Assembly: GCA_964435925.1 (NCBI GenBank)
Contig: CAYTBG010000002.1
Span: forward strand, 1,833-65,832
DNA from: an uncultured Eubacteriales bacterium
GTDB lineage: Bacteria; Acidobacteriota; Aminicenantia; Aminicenantales; Aminicenantaceae
Length of the DNA stretch: 64,000 nt
Direction: 5' to 3'
Positions 29,429 to 40,114 of the stretch are shown here, piece after piece (the first letter of the stretch is position 1; each line of letters begins with the position of its first letter). A model generated the notes under the pieces. That model was not told where the DNA came from. It ran no database searches and saw only the letters and a list, made by a program, of their open reading frames with translations. Position numbers and translations under genes: made by a program.

Positions 29429-30718
29429 TCAAACTTTTCCCTCTTGAACCACAATGTTCCCATCCCTGGCTACAATTTTCCCGTTCTTTATGACATGTTT
29501 CAAGGGATTAATGCCCAGGTGATAGACAAGGGTGGGATAATTGGGAACGTCCCATAAAACAACATCCATTTTTTTCCCGACTTCAAGACTTCCCACCTCT
29601 TCATGCTTTGCCAGAGCATAGACAGCATTTGCCGTCGCGGCATTGATGGCTTCTTCTATGCTCATCTTCAGGGTGAGAACAGCAAGCTGGAGGACAAAAA
29701 GCATGGATTCTGTCATCGAGGTTCCGGGATTAAAATCCGTGGCCAAAGCGACGATGGCTCCTTCTTCGATGAGTTTTCGCGCGGGCGCTTTTTTCTCATG
29801 CATGAGGAAGAAAGAGACTGCGGGGAGCAGGGTAGCTACTGTTTGGCTTTTTGCGAGTTCCTGGATTCCTTCCTCAGTAATATTGGTGAGATGGTCAGCA
29901 GATGTGGCTTCCTCCTCTGCGGCAAGCTTCGCTCCTCCCAAAGGAGAGAATTCATCGGCGTGGATTTTGATTTTAAATCCTGCTGCTTTGGCAGCCCTGA
30001 CTAATTTTCTTGTCTCATCAAGGGAGAAAACTCCCTCCTCACAGAAGACATCAAAGAACTCGGCCAAATTTTTTTCTTTTACTTCGGGTAGGATTTTATG
30101 AATGAGAAGCTCGATATAATCGTTTTTTCGAGACCTGTATTCTTCTGGGATTTCATGGGCGCCCATAAAGGTGGGGACGATATCGATGGGATGGAGCTTT
30201 CGAAGCTCTTCGAGCGTTTCAAGCTGTTTTATCTCGTCTTTAAGGTTCAAGCCGTAGCCGCTCTTGGCCTCGGTAGTCGTAGTTCCCAAAAGAAGCATAT
30301 TATCGAGGCGATTAAGAGAGAGGGAGAGGAGATCCTTCTTGGAAGCTTGACGGGTTGCTTTTACTGTTGTCTGAATTCCCAAGCCTTTTTTTGCCAACTC
30401 CTGGTATGAGTAGCCTTTAAGACGGAGAACAAATTCTTCCTCTCTTGTTCCAGCAAAAGGGAGGTGTGTATGAGAGTCAACAAAGCCCGGAAGTGCGACC
30501 AGACCGGTTCCATCGATATAAATGCCATCTTCTTCCAATCGAACTTCTTTTTTGAATTTTTTCTCCTCTCCCAAAAAAATAATCTTTCCTTTAAATGAAG
30601 CAATGCAGGCTTTCTCCAGAAGCCCGACATCTTGGAGGGCGCCTGCTCTCTTAGGTATCTGCCCCCTGCAGGTAAGAAGTTGCTCACAGTTTACAACTGC
30701 AAGGTCAGCTGATTTCAC
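29429..30718 (-). CDS. imidazolonepropionase-like amidohydrolase (HutI family)
   Basis: [19 protein letters not shown]...[21 protein letters not shown] matches the HutI pattern. Metal-ligand His/Asp positions present. No other hut genes nearby. Confidence 0.55.
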   Translation of the reverse strand: MKSADLAVVNCEQLLTCRGQIPKRAGALQDVGLLEKACIASFKGKIIFLGEEKKFKKEVRLEEDGIYIDGTGLVALPGFVDSHTHLPFAGTREEEFVLRLKGYSYQELAKKGLGIQTTVKATRQASKKDLLSLSLNRLDNMLLLGTTTTEAKSGYGLNLKDEIKQLETLEELRKLHPIDIVPTFMGAHEIPEEYRSRKNDYIELLIHKILPEVKEKNLAEFFDVFCEEGVFSLDETRKLVRAAKAAGFKIKIHADEFSPLGGAKLAAEEEATSADHLTNITEEGIQELAKSQTVATLLPAVSFFLMHEKKAPARKLIEEGAIVALATDFNPGTSMTESMLFVLQLAVLTLKMSIEEAINAATANAVYALAKHEEVGSLEVGKKMDVVLWDVPNYPTLVYHLGINPLKHVIKNGKIVARDGNIVVQEGKV

Positions 30719-31913
30719 GAGGGATTTTCCTTATAGGGGTTTGTTTGTTTTTTCTGATGAAAGAGGGCGTTTCATAAGGTTCCCATTGCTTTTCCCAAGC
30801 GGGTCTGTTCCAGAGAACCTCGCTTCCCTTTGGCTCAAATAAATAAGGAGGTGTATCACTCTTAACCTTAGGAGAAGGAGCTTCTTGCGCAAGGGAAGAG
30901 ATGTCTGCTTGAGGTGCAATTTCCCTCCGCGGTGTAAGCCCAAAACCTGTGGCGATGACAGTAACTTTAGCCATTTCTTTCATGCTTTCGTCGATCACTG
31001 TGCCAAAAATGATATTGGCTTCTGGATGAGCCTGGCTGTGGATAAGCTGCGAGGCTGTAGAGACTTCGTGAAGAGTGAGATCTCTCCCGCCGGTTATATT
31101 GATCAGGACTCCTTGAGCTCCCTCGATCGAGGTATCAATTAGAAGAGGACTGGATATTGCCTTTTGGGCAGCATCCACAGCTCTGTTTTCGCCGGATGCT
31201 AATCCTGTCCCCATGAAGGCCATACCCATGCCTTTCATGATTGATTTGACGTCAGCAAAGTCCAGGTTGATCAGCCCTGGCTTGGTAATGAGGTCCGAAA
31301 TTCCCTGGGCTGCCTGCCGTAATATGTCGTCAGCCATTTTGAAGGCATCCTGGATAGAAGTATCCAGCGTGACTGTCTCGAGCAGTCTTTCATTTGGTAT
31401 GGAAATAACCGTGTCAACAGAAGTTTTTAATTCTGCCAGGCCTTCTTCTGCTTGCTTAGATCTGATTTTTCCTTCAAACTGAAAGGGCAGGGTTACTATG
31501 GCAATCGCCAGAATGTCCATTTCTGAGGCGAGATTTGCCAGGACCGGAGTCGCTCCTGTTCCTGTGCCTCCGCCTAAGCCAGCGGTCAGAAAGACCATGT
31601 CTGAATCTTCAAGGACACTGACTAATTTTTCCGTATCTTCCATGGCTGCTTGTTTTCCGATATCCGGTCTTCCGCCAGATCCCAGTCCTTTTGTAAGCTG
31701 CTCTCCAATCTGGACCTTAGTCCTTGCTTTGGTGCTGTTGAGAGCCTGAAGGTCTGTATTGACTGTGATAAATTTCACTCCTTCGATTCCTGCTTCAATC
31801 ATCCTGTTTATGGCATTTCCACCGCCTCCACCGATCCCAACAACTTTTATTTTGGCCCCATAACGTTCTTCTACCAAGCGAAATTTTAATTTACTTTTTA
31901 TTTCTTCACTCAT
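30705..31913 (-). CDS. ftsZ: cell division protein FtsZ
   Basis: [13 protein letters not shown] tubulin signature. Long C-terminal linker. Confidence 0.9.
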   Translation of the reverse strand: MSEEIKSKLKFRLVEERYGAKIKVVGIGGGGGNAINRMIEAGIEGVKFITVNTDLQALNSTKARTKVQIGEQLTKGLGSGGRPDIGKQAAMEDTEKLVSVLEDSDMVFLTAGLGGGTGTGATPVLANLASEMDILAIAIVTLPFQFEGKIRSKQAEEGLAELKTSVDTVISIPNERLLETVTLDTSIQDAFKMADDILRQAAQGISDLITKPGLINLDFADVKSIMKGMGMAFMGTGLASGENRAVDAAQKAISSPLLIDTSIEGAQGVLINITGGRDLTLHEVSTASQLIHSQAHPEANIIFGTVIDESMKEMAKVTVIATGFGLTPRREIAPQADISSLAQEAPSPKVKSDTPPYLFEPKGSEVLWNRPAWEKQWEPYETPSFIRKNKQTPIRKIPREIS

Positions 31914-31922
31914 TCTTACCTC

Positions 31923-33146
31923 CTATGCCTCTTTGAGCCAATCTTTAAATTTGACCCAAAGACTTCTTTTTCTATCCTTAGATAGGGTTTTTTCTTTCCA
32001 CCGGTCATACCCGAACAGGATAAGACCAACTGAAGCGGCATAATCCGGGGTATTGACTCTCTCTGCCAACCCTCCTATGCCGCTTGGATCGCCGCGCCGC
32101 ACAGGCAAATCAAAAATTTCCTCTGCGACTTCTTCCAGTCCTTCCAGCAGCGCTGTTCCGCCTGTGATGACTATTCCAGAATTAAGAGATTTCTCGTATC
32201 CCATCCTTTTGATGTCATTATCAACCAAACGGAAGATTTCCTCTGCCCGGGGTTGAATGATATCAGCTAATAACTGTCTGGATAGTATACGAGGCTTTTT
32301 CCCCCTGCCCACTGAGGGGACTTCAATAGTATCTTCCTCGTCCATGGGGGGACTGGATACACAGCCAAATTTCTTCTTTATCCTTTCTGCTTCAGGGATT
32401 GGTGTGCGGAGTCCGACAGCGATGTCATTGGTGAAATTATCTCCTCCGATCGGGATTATGGATGTGTACCACAAGCTTCCTCGTTCAAAAATGGCTACTT
32501 CCGTTGTTCCTCCGCCCATATCGATCATGCCAACTCCAAGCTCCATTTCGTCGTGTGTAAGGGTAGAGCTGCTCGCTGCGATCTGGTTGAGAACAATTCG
32601 CTCAATTTCAATTCCAGCTCTTTCGATGCATGTTTTCAGGTTTTGAACAGAAGTCGTTGCGCTGGTCACGATGTGAACATTGACTTCGAGCTTTATTCCG
32701 CTCATGCCGAGTGGGTCTTTTATTCCATCTTGCTCATCAACAACAAATTCTTGAGGAATAATATGAATGATCTCTCTATCAGGGGGGATGGAGACAGCCT
32801 TGGATTGGTCGATAACTCGTTCGATGTCTTCCGGGGTTATCTCTTTGTTTTTACCCGAGACAGCAATAACTCCTCTGCTGTTAAAACTTTTTATATGTGC
32901 TCCGGAAATTCCAACAAAGGCCGAATCTATTTCGACTCCTGCCATAAGCTCTGCCTCTTCCTGGGCTTTTTTGATCGCATTAACTGTGGCTTCCAGGTTG
33001 ACCACAACTCCTTTTCTAAGTCCTCTGGAGTCGGTTGTCCCTATGCCAATAATCTCGATTTTTTTATCCTCTGTGATTTCACCGATAATAGCTGCAGTTT
33101 TTTTTGTCCCTATGTCGAGTCCGACAATATAATTATTTTTAGGCAT
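31923..33146 (-). CDS. ftsA: cell division protein FtsA
   Basis: Actin-like ATPase motifs (VGLDIGT, DMGGGTT). Confidence 0.9.
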   Translation of the reverse strand: MPKNNYIVGLDIGTKKTAAIIGEITEDKKIEIIGIGTTDSRGLRKGVVVNLEATVNAIKKAQEEAELMAGVEIDSAFVGISGAHIKSFNSRGVIAVSGKNKEITPEDIERVIDQSKAVSIPPDREIIHIIPQEFVVDEQDGIKDPLGMSGIKLEVNVHIVTSATTSVQNLKTCIERAGIEIERIVLNQIAASSSTLTHDEMELGVGMIDMGGGTTEVAIFERGSLWYTSIIPIGGDNFTNDIAVGLRTPIPEAERIKKKFGCVSSPPMDEEDTIEVPSVGRGKKPRILSRQLLADIIQPRAEEIFRLVDNDIKRMGYEKSLNSGIVITGGTALLEGLEEVAEEIFDLPVRRGDPSGIGGLAERVNTPDYAASVGLILFGYDRWKEKTLSKDRKRSLWVKFKDWLKEA

Positions 33147-34015
33147 CAGTTTGCCTCCCTCTTAGGCTTGGGAATGCGTGCTCTGTATGGATTTTTCTTT
33201 GGTTTGATGATGAACCGATCTGGAAAGCGGAGGTCAACATATTCGAGGTATCCAAACTTTCCTAATCTGGCGCTGTATTTTTGGAACGCTTTGAGCTTCT
33301 GGGAAAACTGATCATTGCCAAGAATGAACTTTGTCTTTTTCTTTTTAAGTTGAACAGTAATATTTTCGTATTCACTAAGGTCCAGAACCTCAAGCTGCGC
33401 TTTCTCCGAAGGAGATAAGCTGCGAAGACATTCCCAGGCTAATTTTAGTTTTTCCTTATAGTCTTTTTGAAAATTATTCGAATCGACGAGAAGGGGAAGA
33501 TCTAATTTTTCTGTTGATTCGATTCTCTCGAGATGAATACCTTCTTCGTCAATAAGATAAAGATTTTCTCTTTTCAACAGAGCGAGGGGCGTTCTATCTT
33601 TTATTTCGATCTTTAGAGTAGAGGGTAAAATTTTCCTTATGCGGACCTCTTTAATCCATCTGTGAGCTGCCAACGTCTCCTGGAGGTGCCCGATATCAAA
33701 AAGAAGAATATTTCCCACGTTTATATTCTCTAAATTTTGTTGGATTTCCTGTTTTACGTCAGGATTACGACACACGATTATCATATCTCTTACTTCTAGA
33801 TTATCCCAAGAAATCAGAAAAAGATAAGACTTCTGGACGGAATAGAAAATTCCGCCTATAAGAAGGAGATAGAAAAAGATGTGCCAGAATCTGAGCTTCG
33901 CTTTTTTCTGGACTTTTTTTGTCTTTGTTTTCCCTTTTCCTCGCTGGAACTGCATATGCTGGGAAAAGAAGGGTCCTGCTCTTGTCTTCAAAGGCGGATT
34001 AAGGTAAGAAGCCAC
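33146..34015 (-). CDS. ftsQ: cell division protein FtsQ (POTRA domain)
   Basis: N-terminal TM segment, POTRA region. Lies between murC and ftsA. Confidence 0.65.
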   Translation of the reverse strand: MASYLNPPLKTRAGPFFSQHMQFQRGKGKTKTKKVQKKAKLRFWHIFFYLLLIGGIFYSVQKSYLFLISWDNLEVRDMIIVCRNPDVKQEIQQNLENINVGNILLFDIGHLQETLAAHRWIKEVRIRKILPSTLKIEIKDRTPLALLKRENLYLIDEEGIHLERIESTEKLDLPLLVDSNNFQKDYKEKLKLAWECLRSLSPSEKAQLEVLDLSEYENITVQLKKKKTKFILGNDQFSQKLKAFQKYSARLGKFGYLEYVDLRFPDRFIIKPKKNPYRARIPKPKREAN

Positions 34016-34017
34016 TA

Positions 34018-35406
34018 TTATCCTCTTCCCTCCAGGGTTTTTATAATATCCGGAATAATCTTGTAGATGTTTCCTGCTCCCAGGACAAGAATTAAATCCC
34101 CGCTCTGAGCAACTTTACCTACGAGCGGGGGGATATTTTTCATATTATGTTCAAAAAAAACAATTTTATGCCCGGACTGTTTGATTTCCTGATAAAGAAC
34201 TCTGCCGGAGACACCAGCAATGGGTTTCTCTCCTGCGGCGTATATTTCTGTAGTGATGAGAACATCTGCGTCGGTGAAGGCTGTGGCAAAGCTTTTCATG
34301 AGAAGAGAGAGGCGGCTGAAGCGATGTGGCTGGAAGACTACAACACGCCTTCGTTTCCAGCCTCTCTTCGCCGCCTCTAAAGTGGCTATTATTTCTGTTG
34401 GGTGATGGGCATAGTCATCGATGATTATGATATCCCGGACTATTTTCTTTAATTCAAAACGGCGGCCGGCACCTTTAAAACTTTCTAAAGCCTGCAGGAT
34501 AAGGCGCGGGGGGATATCTAAATCCAAACCGACAGCCACTGCGGCCATCGCATTGTAAATATTGTGATTTCCGGGAACGTTTAGCCTCAGTTTCCCCAAT
34601 TCCTTGCCCTTCCAGTAGAGTGTAGAAGAGGTCGAGAATTTATCAAAGTGTCTGTATCTGGCAAAAATATCGGCGTAGGGTGAGAATCCATAGTTGATTA
34701 TTCTTCGATCAAGCGAGGGAATCAAATTTTTGAGATTTGAGTCGTCAAAGCAGAGAACTATAGGGCAGTAAAACGGAACTTTGTTGGCAAAATGGATAAA
34801 TGTTTTTTTGACCTCATCCACTGTCATGTATTGATCTAAATGTTCATCATCCAGGTTTGTAAGCACAGCGATAAAAGGAGATAAATAGAGGAATGATCTG
34901 TCGCTTTCATCCGCTTCGGCTACGATGAAATCCCCATTTCCCAGTTTTCCGTGGGCGCCGATTGTGCTCAGACGGCCGCCGACGATAATGGTCGGGTCAA
35001 AGCCGCCCGATTCGAGGACCTGAGCAATCATCGAGGTAGCAGATGTTTTGCCGTGGGATCCTGCTACAGCAATTCCGTACTTCATCCGCATCAACTCTGC
35101 CAGCATTTCTGCCCTGGGAATAACAGGTATTTTGCGGCGCCTTGCTTCTTCGACTTCGACATTGTTCTTTTTTATGGCGGAAGAGATAACAACTACATCA
35201 GCCCCCTCTACTTTTTCTGCTTTATGACCGATAGATATCTTTGCTCCAAAGCGAGCGAGGCGCTGAGTCACTTCGCTCTCCTCAATATCTGTTCCTGAGA
35301 TATTGTAATCCATGTTCAAGAGCACCTCTGCTATGCCGCTCATGCCCGTGCCTCCGATGCCGACCATGTGGATGTTATTGAGCTTTTTGTAAACGCGTTT
35401 TACCAC
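34018..35406 (-). CDS. murC: UDP-N-acetylmuramate--L-alanine ligase
   Basis: VHMVGIGGTGMSGIA, GSHGKTSAT. Confidence 0.85.
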   Translation of the reverse strand: MVKRVYKKLNNIHMVGIGGTGMSGIAEVLLNMDYNISGTDIEESEVTQRLARFGAKISIGHKAEKVEGADVVVISSAIKKNNVEVEEARRRKIPVIPRAEMLAELMRMKYGIAVAGSHGKTSATSMIAQVLESGGFDPTIIVGGRLSTIGAHGKLGNGDFIVAEADESDRSFLYLSPFIAVLTNLDDEHLDQYMTVDEVKKTFIHFANKVPFYCPIVLCFDDSNLKNLIPSLDRRIINYGFSPYADIFARYRHFDKFSTSSTLYWKGKELGKLRLNVPGNHNIYNAMAAVAVGLDLDIPPRLILQALESFKGAGRRFELKKIVRDIIIIDDYAHHPTEIIATLEAAKRGWKRRRVVVFQPHRFSRLSLLMKSFATAFTDADVLITTEIYAAGEKPIAGVSGRVLYQEIKQSGHKIVFFEHNMKNIPPLVGKVAQSGDLILVLGAGNIYKIIPDIIKTLEGRG

Positions 35407-35422
35407 TGGTTCACTCCTTTAG

Positions 35423-36502
35423 CTACGCCTCCATAAGCTTAAAGCAGAGATTCGAGATTTTCTCTGATACTTTTTCTGTTTTCAGCGGAACCAAGTTCTT
35501 TTCCATTAGGGTTATCTTGTCCTTGTTTCGCAGAAAAGAAAATATTTTATCGGCAAAGATTTCGGGCGTGAATTCCTTTTCAAGAATGATCTCAGCGCCC
35601 CCTATTTTTTCCAATTCTCTGGCATTAAAATACTGGTGATTGTCCGTAGCTTGAGAAAAAGGAATCAGCAAAGATGCCTTTTGAGAAGCGATAAGCTCGG
35701 CTATGGTGGTCGCACCTGCTCGGCTTATGATTAAATCTGATTTCTGAAAATAATCGGCCATTTCAAAAAAATAGGGTGCGACGGTTACTTCCTTAAGCCC
35801 GTTTTGAGCGTAATTTTTTTTGACCCATTCATAATCTTTTTTTCCAGTCTGATGGAAGATCCTTAAATTCTTTATTTCTTTTTTGAGAAGAGGAAGAGAA
35901 GCTATCATGGTCTTGTTCAAGAAATGAGATCCCTGGCTTCCTCCGAAGATAAGGACTGTGAGTTTTTCCGACTTTTCCTTGGGAGAGAGATGGTAGAACG
36001 CCTCTCTTACAGGATTTCCTATAAATATTCCTTTTCCCTTGAAAGAGGGAAGAGAGCTTTTAAAAGAGACTACTGCTTGGTGCACCCAGGGAATCAGAAG
36101 GCGGTTTGTGAAACCGGGATAAAGATTCTGTTCAAGGATAAGCGTTGGGATTTTCATCAAGGAGGCAAGAAGCACAACGGGTCCTGAACTATAACCTCCT
36201 GCCCCTATGACCAGCCCGGGTCTTATGCGGAGGAGAATAACGAAAGATTTCAAGAAGGAGAGAGGAAGGAGAAGAAGAGATTTTACGGCTTTCAGGCCTC
36301 TTCCCTTAATTCCCTCGATATTCAATGTGACAAAATTCACATGATAATGCTTCATTATGTTTATTTCCACTTCCCTCCTGCTCCCGATAAAAGTCAAATG
36401 AAAAGCAGGGTCTTTTTCTTTTAATTTGTCTCCCACAGCTAAGGCCGGGTAAAGATGCCCCGCAGTTCCTCCGCCGCTTATGATGATTTTTTTCTCCTTC
36501 AT
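35423..36502 (-). CDS. murG: UDP-GlcNAc:lipid I GlcNAc transferase
   Basis: IISGGGTAGHLYPALA GT28 signature. Confidence 0.85.
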   Translation of the reverse strand: MKEKKIIISGGGTAGHLYPALAVGDKLKEKDPAFHLTFIGSRREVEINIMKHYHVNFVTLNIEGIKGRGLKAVKSLLLLPLSFLKSFVILLRIRPGLVIGAGGYSSGPVVLLASLMKIPTLILEQNLYPGFTNRLLIPWVHQAVVSFKSSLPSFKGKGIFIGNPVREAFYHLSPKEKSEKLTVLIFGGSQGSHFLNKTMIASLPLLKKEIKNLRIFHQTGKKDYEWVKKNYAQNGLKEVTVAPYFFEMADYFQKSDLIISRAGATTIAELIASQKASLLIPFSQATDNHQYFNARELEKIGGAEIILEKEFTPEIFADKIFSFLRNKDKITLMEKNLVPLKTEKVSEKISNLCFKLMEA

Positions 36503-36504
36503 TT

Positions 36505-37650
36505 TTAATTATCTGTAAGGTTTGATTTATCAAACCCGCCTTTTCTTATTCGACTGGTACTCCTTCTCTGCGAGATATTGAGAAGAATGCCTATGCTGAA
36601 AAGAGTACATATGAGAGAAGACCTTCCGAAGCTGATCAGAGGAAGAGGGATGCCGGTTGGTGGACCCAAGCCCAGAACAATGCTTATGTTCAGCAAAGCT
36701 TGAGAAAAGATGGCCATCGTTAATCCTGCGGCGACAATTTGCGAGAAAAAATTGGGTGCTCTTTGGGAAATCACCAGTCCTCTCCAGAAAAAAACAAAGA
36801 AGAGAAGCAGGGTGAACATGGCGCCTATAAAGCCTATTTCTTCGCCCAAAATTGCATATATGTAGTCGGTGTGAGCGCAGGGAAGAAAGAAAAGTTTTTG
36901 GGTGCTTTCTCCGATACTTACCCCGAAGAAACCTCCTGAGCCAACTGCCAGCTTTGATTGGATACTCTGGAAACCAGCGCCCTGGGGATCTTTTGTAGGC
37001 GATAAAAAGGTGAAGACTCTGTTTATTCTGTATGAAGCCTGGAAAAGATAAAAGGCAAAAAGACCCAAAAAGAGAATTCCCAGGTAACTTAGGTGTTTGA
37101 ACTTTACTCCCCCGATGAAGAGCATTATCGAGCAGATGATAAAGATGAGAAGGGCAGTACCGTAATCAGGCTCCTTTATGATCAAGAGGATAAACAGAAA
37201 AAGAACTGTCAGGGGGAAAAGAAGGGTCTTAAATTCATTCAATTTTTCTTTTTTCCGGTTAAAATAGGAGGCAAAAAACAAAATAAGGCTGATTTTTGCC
37301 AGTTCCGATGGTTGGAACCTGAGGCCGACGAGGTGGATCCAGCGGTTTGTATTAGCTAAAGCTGGCATGAGTAAGCAGAGCACTAAGAGAGCAAAAGAGA
37401 GGATAAGAAGTCCATGGACAAAGTAAAAATTTTGGAAAAATGGCTTCCTTATGGGCATCATCAGAAAAATAAGGACTATTCCAATCCCAGCCGCAATGCT
37501 TTGATTTATGAAGAAATGAAAAGAATTCTCATGTTTTTCACTGGCTAAAATGGCTGAAGAACTGTAAACCATGATTAGCCCCATGGCGATCATGATGAGA
37601 GTCGTGAAGAAAAGAGGCTTATCAAAGCCGTAAGGTCTGAATATTTCCAT
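36505..37650 (-). CDS. ftsW: lipid II flippase/peptidoglycan polymerase FtsW (SEDS)
   Basis: 10-TM SEDS protein inside the dcw cluster. Confidence 0.8.
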   Translation of the reverse strand: MEIFRPYGFDKPLFFTTLIMIAMGLIMVYSSSAILASEKHENSFHFFINQSIAAGIGIVLIFLMMPIRKPFFQNFYFVHGLLILSFALLVLCLLMPALANTNRWIHLVGLRFQPSELAKISLILFFASYFNRKKEKLNEFKTLLFPLTVLFLFILLIIKEPDYGTALLIFIICSIMLFIGGVKFKHLSYLGILFLGLFAFYLFQASYRINRVFTFLSPTKDPQGAGFQSIQSKLAVGSGGFFGVSIGESTQKLFFLPCAHTDYIYAILGEEIGFIGAMFTLLLFFVFFWRGLVISQRAPNFFSQIVAAGLTMAIFSQALLNISIVLGLGPPTGIPLPLISFGRSSLICTLFSIGILLNISQRRSTSRIRKGGFDKSNLTDN

Positions 37651-37655
37651 AATTC

Positions 37656-39023
37656 TTATGGCCTCTCTTTCCCGAGCTCTTTGGCAAGGGATAGCACTTC
37701 GCGCTTGAAAACCCTGCCCCTTTCTTCAAAGTTTTGAAACATGTCAAAGCTTGTGCAGGCCGGTGCAAGAAGCACCACTTCTCGCGGTTTTGCTCGTGAA
37801 TAACCGAGTCTCACTGCCTTTTCGATAGAGGAGACAGTCTCCATCGGAACAATTCCCTTGAGGGCAGTTCTTATTTTTTCCCTGGCCTCGCCAAGGAGGA
37901 TGATCATTTTTACGTTTTCTTTGATAGGTTTTCTTAATTTTTTAAAATCACCTCCCTTATCCCTTCCTCCTAAGATGAGAATGATTTTGCGGTCAAAGCT
38001 CTGGATAGATTTTGAGGTAGCGTCCACGTTTGTGGCTTTGGAATCATCATAAAAATCAACTCCTCTTATTGTTGCAGCTTTCTCAAGCCTGTGCTCAAGA
38101 CCTCGAAAGCTTTTGATCGGTTCTTTTATTCTGGAGGGCGGGATACCCAGGACATGACCCACCAGGGCACTGGCCATGATGTTCTCCTGGTTGTGGATTC
38201 CGAGAAGAGGAATTACAGAAGTTTTTATGAGCTTCTCCTCTTCTTTGTTAGAGAGAACGATCCAATCTCCGTTAAGAAAACATCCTGGAGAAACTTTGCC
38301 GTTTCGGCTGAAAGCGTAAACCTGAAATTCCCCTTCCTCTTTTAATGCCCAGACCAGCGGGTCATCTCTATTAAGAATAGCAATATCGTTTTCTCTCTGA
38401 GAGATGATGAGTTTCTTTTTTGCCTCATAATAATCTGCGAAGGAAGGATGCCAGTCCAGGTGATCCGGAGAAATGTTGAGAAGAACTGAGACAGAGACTC
38501 TGAATTCTTCGATATGCTCAAGCTGGAAGCTTGAGATTTCCGTAACATAAATATGATCGTCTTCGCTGTTATCGACAAAACCTATCAAAGGTGTTCCTAT
38601 ATTGCCGGCAAGGTAAGTTTTGAGTCCTCCTTCTTCCAGAATTTTTTGGGTTAATGTAGCTGTGGTGGATTTCCCGTTCGATCCGGTTATGCCCACAATT
38701 TTCCCCTTTAAGAATTTATAGGCCAGCTCTATTTCGGAGATAATTTTTACTCCGTTCGCTCTGGCGGCTTCAAGCTCGGGGAGCCAGGGAACTCCCGGGC
38801 TGGGCACAATCAAATCAGCTTCCATGAAGGATTTTTGATCGTGCGTTCCGGTTTCTACTGCAACGCCCTTTTCCTCCCAGGATGAGATTTTTTGATCCAT
38901 TTCTTCCAGCTTCTTCTTTTCGCTGACCTTCACCCGAGCTCCGTGATGGAGAAGAAAATTGCAGAGAGCTTCCCCTGTACTGCCTAAGCCTACGACCAGA
39001 ACTCTTTTTCCTTCCAGATTCAT
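37656..39023 (-). CDS. murD: UDP-N-acetylmuramoylalanine--D-glutamate ligase
   Basis: VLVVGLGSTG, GITGSNGKSTT. Confidence 0.85.
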   Translation of the reverse strand: MNLEGKRVLVVGLGSTGEALCNFLLHHGARVKVSEKKKLEEMDQKISSWEEKGVAVETGTHDQKSFMEADLIVPSPGVPWLPELEAARANGVKIISEIELAYKFLKGKIVGITGSNGKSTTATLTQKILEEGGLKTYLAGNIGTPLIGFVDNSEDDHIYVTEISSFQLEHIEEFRVSVSVLLNISPDHLDWHPSFADYYEAKKKLIISQRENDIAILNRDDPLVWALKEEGEFQVYAFSRNGKVSPGCFLNGDWIVLSNKEEEKLIKTSVIPLLGIHNQENIMASALVGHVLGIPPSRIKEPIKSFRGLEHRLEKAATIRGVDFYDDSKATNVDATSKSIQSFDRKIILILGGRDKGGDFKKLRKPIKENVKMIILLGEAREKIRTALKGIVPMETVSSIEKAVRLGYSRAKPREVVLLAPACTSFDMFQNFEERGRVFKREVLSLAKELGKERP

Positions 39024-39024
39024 T

Positions 39025-40113
39025 TTACCTCAGTTTCAGAGCGGTGAGGCTGAAGAGGGCAAAGACGATTCCAGCGATCCAGAACCGAATGACGATCTTC
39101 TCCTCAGACCATCCTGTGAGCTCGAAGTGATGATGGAGAGGGGCCATCTTGAAAATTCTTTTTCCTCCGGTCAGTTTGAAGTAAAAAACTTGAAGAAGAA
39201 CAGATATTGCTTCCAGGATGAAGACTCCAGCAACCATGAAAAGAAGAAATTCTTGTTTTATCAAGATAGCGATGATACCGATGGTTCCTCCCAGAGATAA
39301 TGCTCCGGCATCTCCCATAAATATTTGGGCAGGATGGCAGTTAAACCAGAGAAAGCCTAAGCAGGCTCCGGCCATAGCTCCCGCAAATACCGTAAGTTCG
39401 GCTGCAGCGGGAACCCGGACAATATTCAGGAATTCAGACCAGTCAGCGCGACCCACGACATAGCAAAGAACTATAAAGGCGCTGGAACTGATGAAAGTAA
39501 GACCGATGGCCAGTCCATCAAGTCCGTCAGCAAGGTTGACCGAATTTGATGACCCCACCAGAATAAGCATAATCCAGGGGAGATAGAACCAACCAAAATA
39601 AGGAAACCATTTCTTAAAAAAAGGAAGGCTCAAATGAAGGCTGAACTCCCCTGTAAAGCCAAGATAAATAAGAATGAGCCCGATGACTGCAGATATGCCA
39701 ATTTGAAAAAAAAGCTTATGGCGTATGATGAGTCCTTTAGATTTTGCCCTTTTGATTTTCAGGAAATCATCCCAGAAGCCGAGAAGGCCAAATAACAGCA
39801 TGGTGCTCATTGCCAGTCTCACATAAGTATTACTCAGATCTCCCCAGAGAAACGCAGGGATTATTGTCGCCCCGATGATAAGAATTCCTCCCATCGAGGG
39901 AGTTCCTCTTTTTTCCAGGTGAGATGCTGGTCCGTCAGGGCTGATCTCCTCTCCTATCTGGTATTTATTCAGCATCTTGATGACCCATGGGCCAAAAATA
40001 AGGCATAGAAGAAAGGCTGTTAGTCCGGCCAGGGCTGTTCTTACTGTGATGTAGCGAAACACATTGAAGAAAATGAAGAATTCTCTCAGCGGAACCAGAA
40101 GATAATAAAGCAC
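39025..40113 (-). CDS. mraY: phospho-N-acetylmuramoyl-pentapeptide transferase
   Basis: Multi-TM, DGLDGLA motif. Confidence 0.9.
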   Translation of the reverse strand: MLYYLLVPLREFFIFFNVFRYITVRTALAGLTAFLLCLIFGPWVIKMLNKYQIGEEISPDGPASHLEKRGTPSMGGILIIGATIIPAFLWGDLSNTYVRLAMSTMLLFGLLGFWDDFLKIKRAKSKGLIIRHKLFFQIGISAVIGLILIYLGFTGEFSLHLSLPFFKKWFPYFGWFYLPWIMLILVGSSNSVNLADGLDGLAIGLTFISSSAFIVLCYVVGRADWSEFLNIVRVPAAAELTVFAGAMAGACLGFLWFNCHPAQIFMGDAGALSLGGTIGIIAILIKQEFLLFMVAGVFILEAISVLLQVFYFKLTGGKRIFKMAPLHHHFELTGWSEEKIVIRFWIAGIVFALFSLTALKLR

Positions 40114-40114
40114 G

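Noticed and set aside
32553-33311. 252-aa ORF on the plus strand, and several other 60–240-aa ORFs antisense to dcw genes or the ADOP permease (e.g. 53824..54552)
   Set aside because: Fully embedded antisense to genes with strong family signatures; translations are low-complexity. Typical shadow ORFs.
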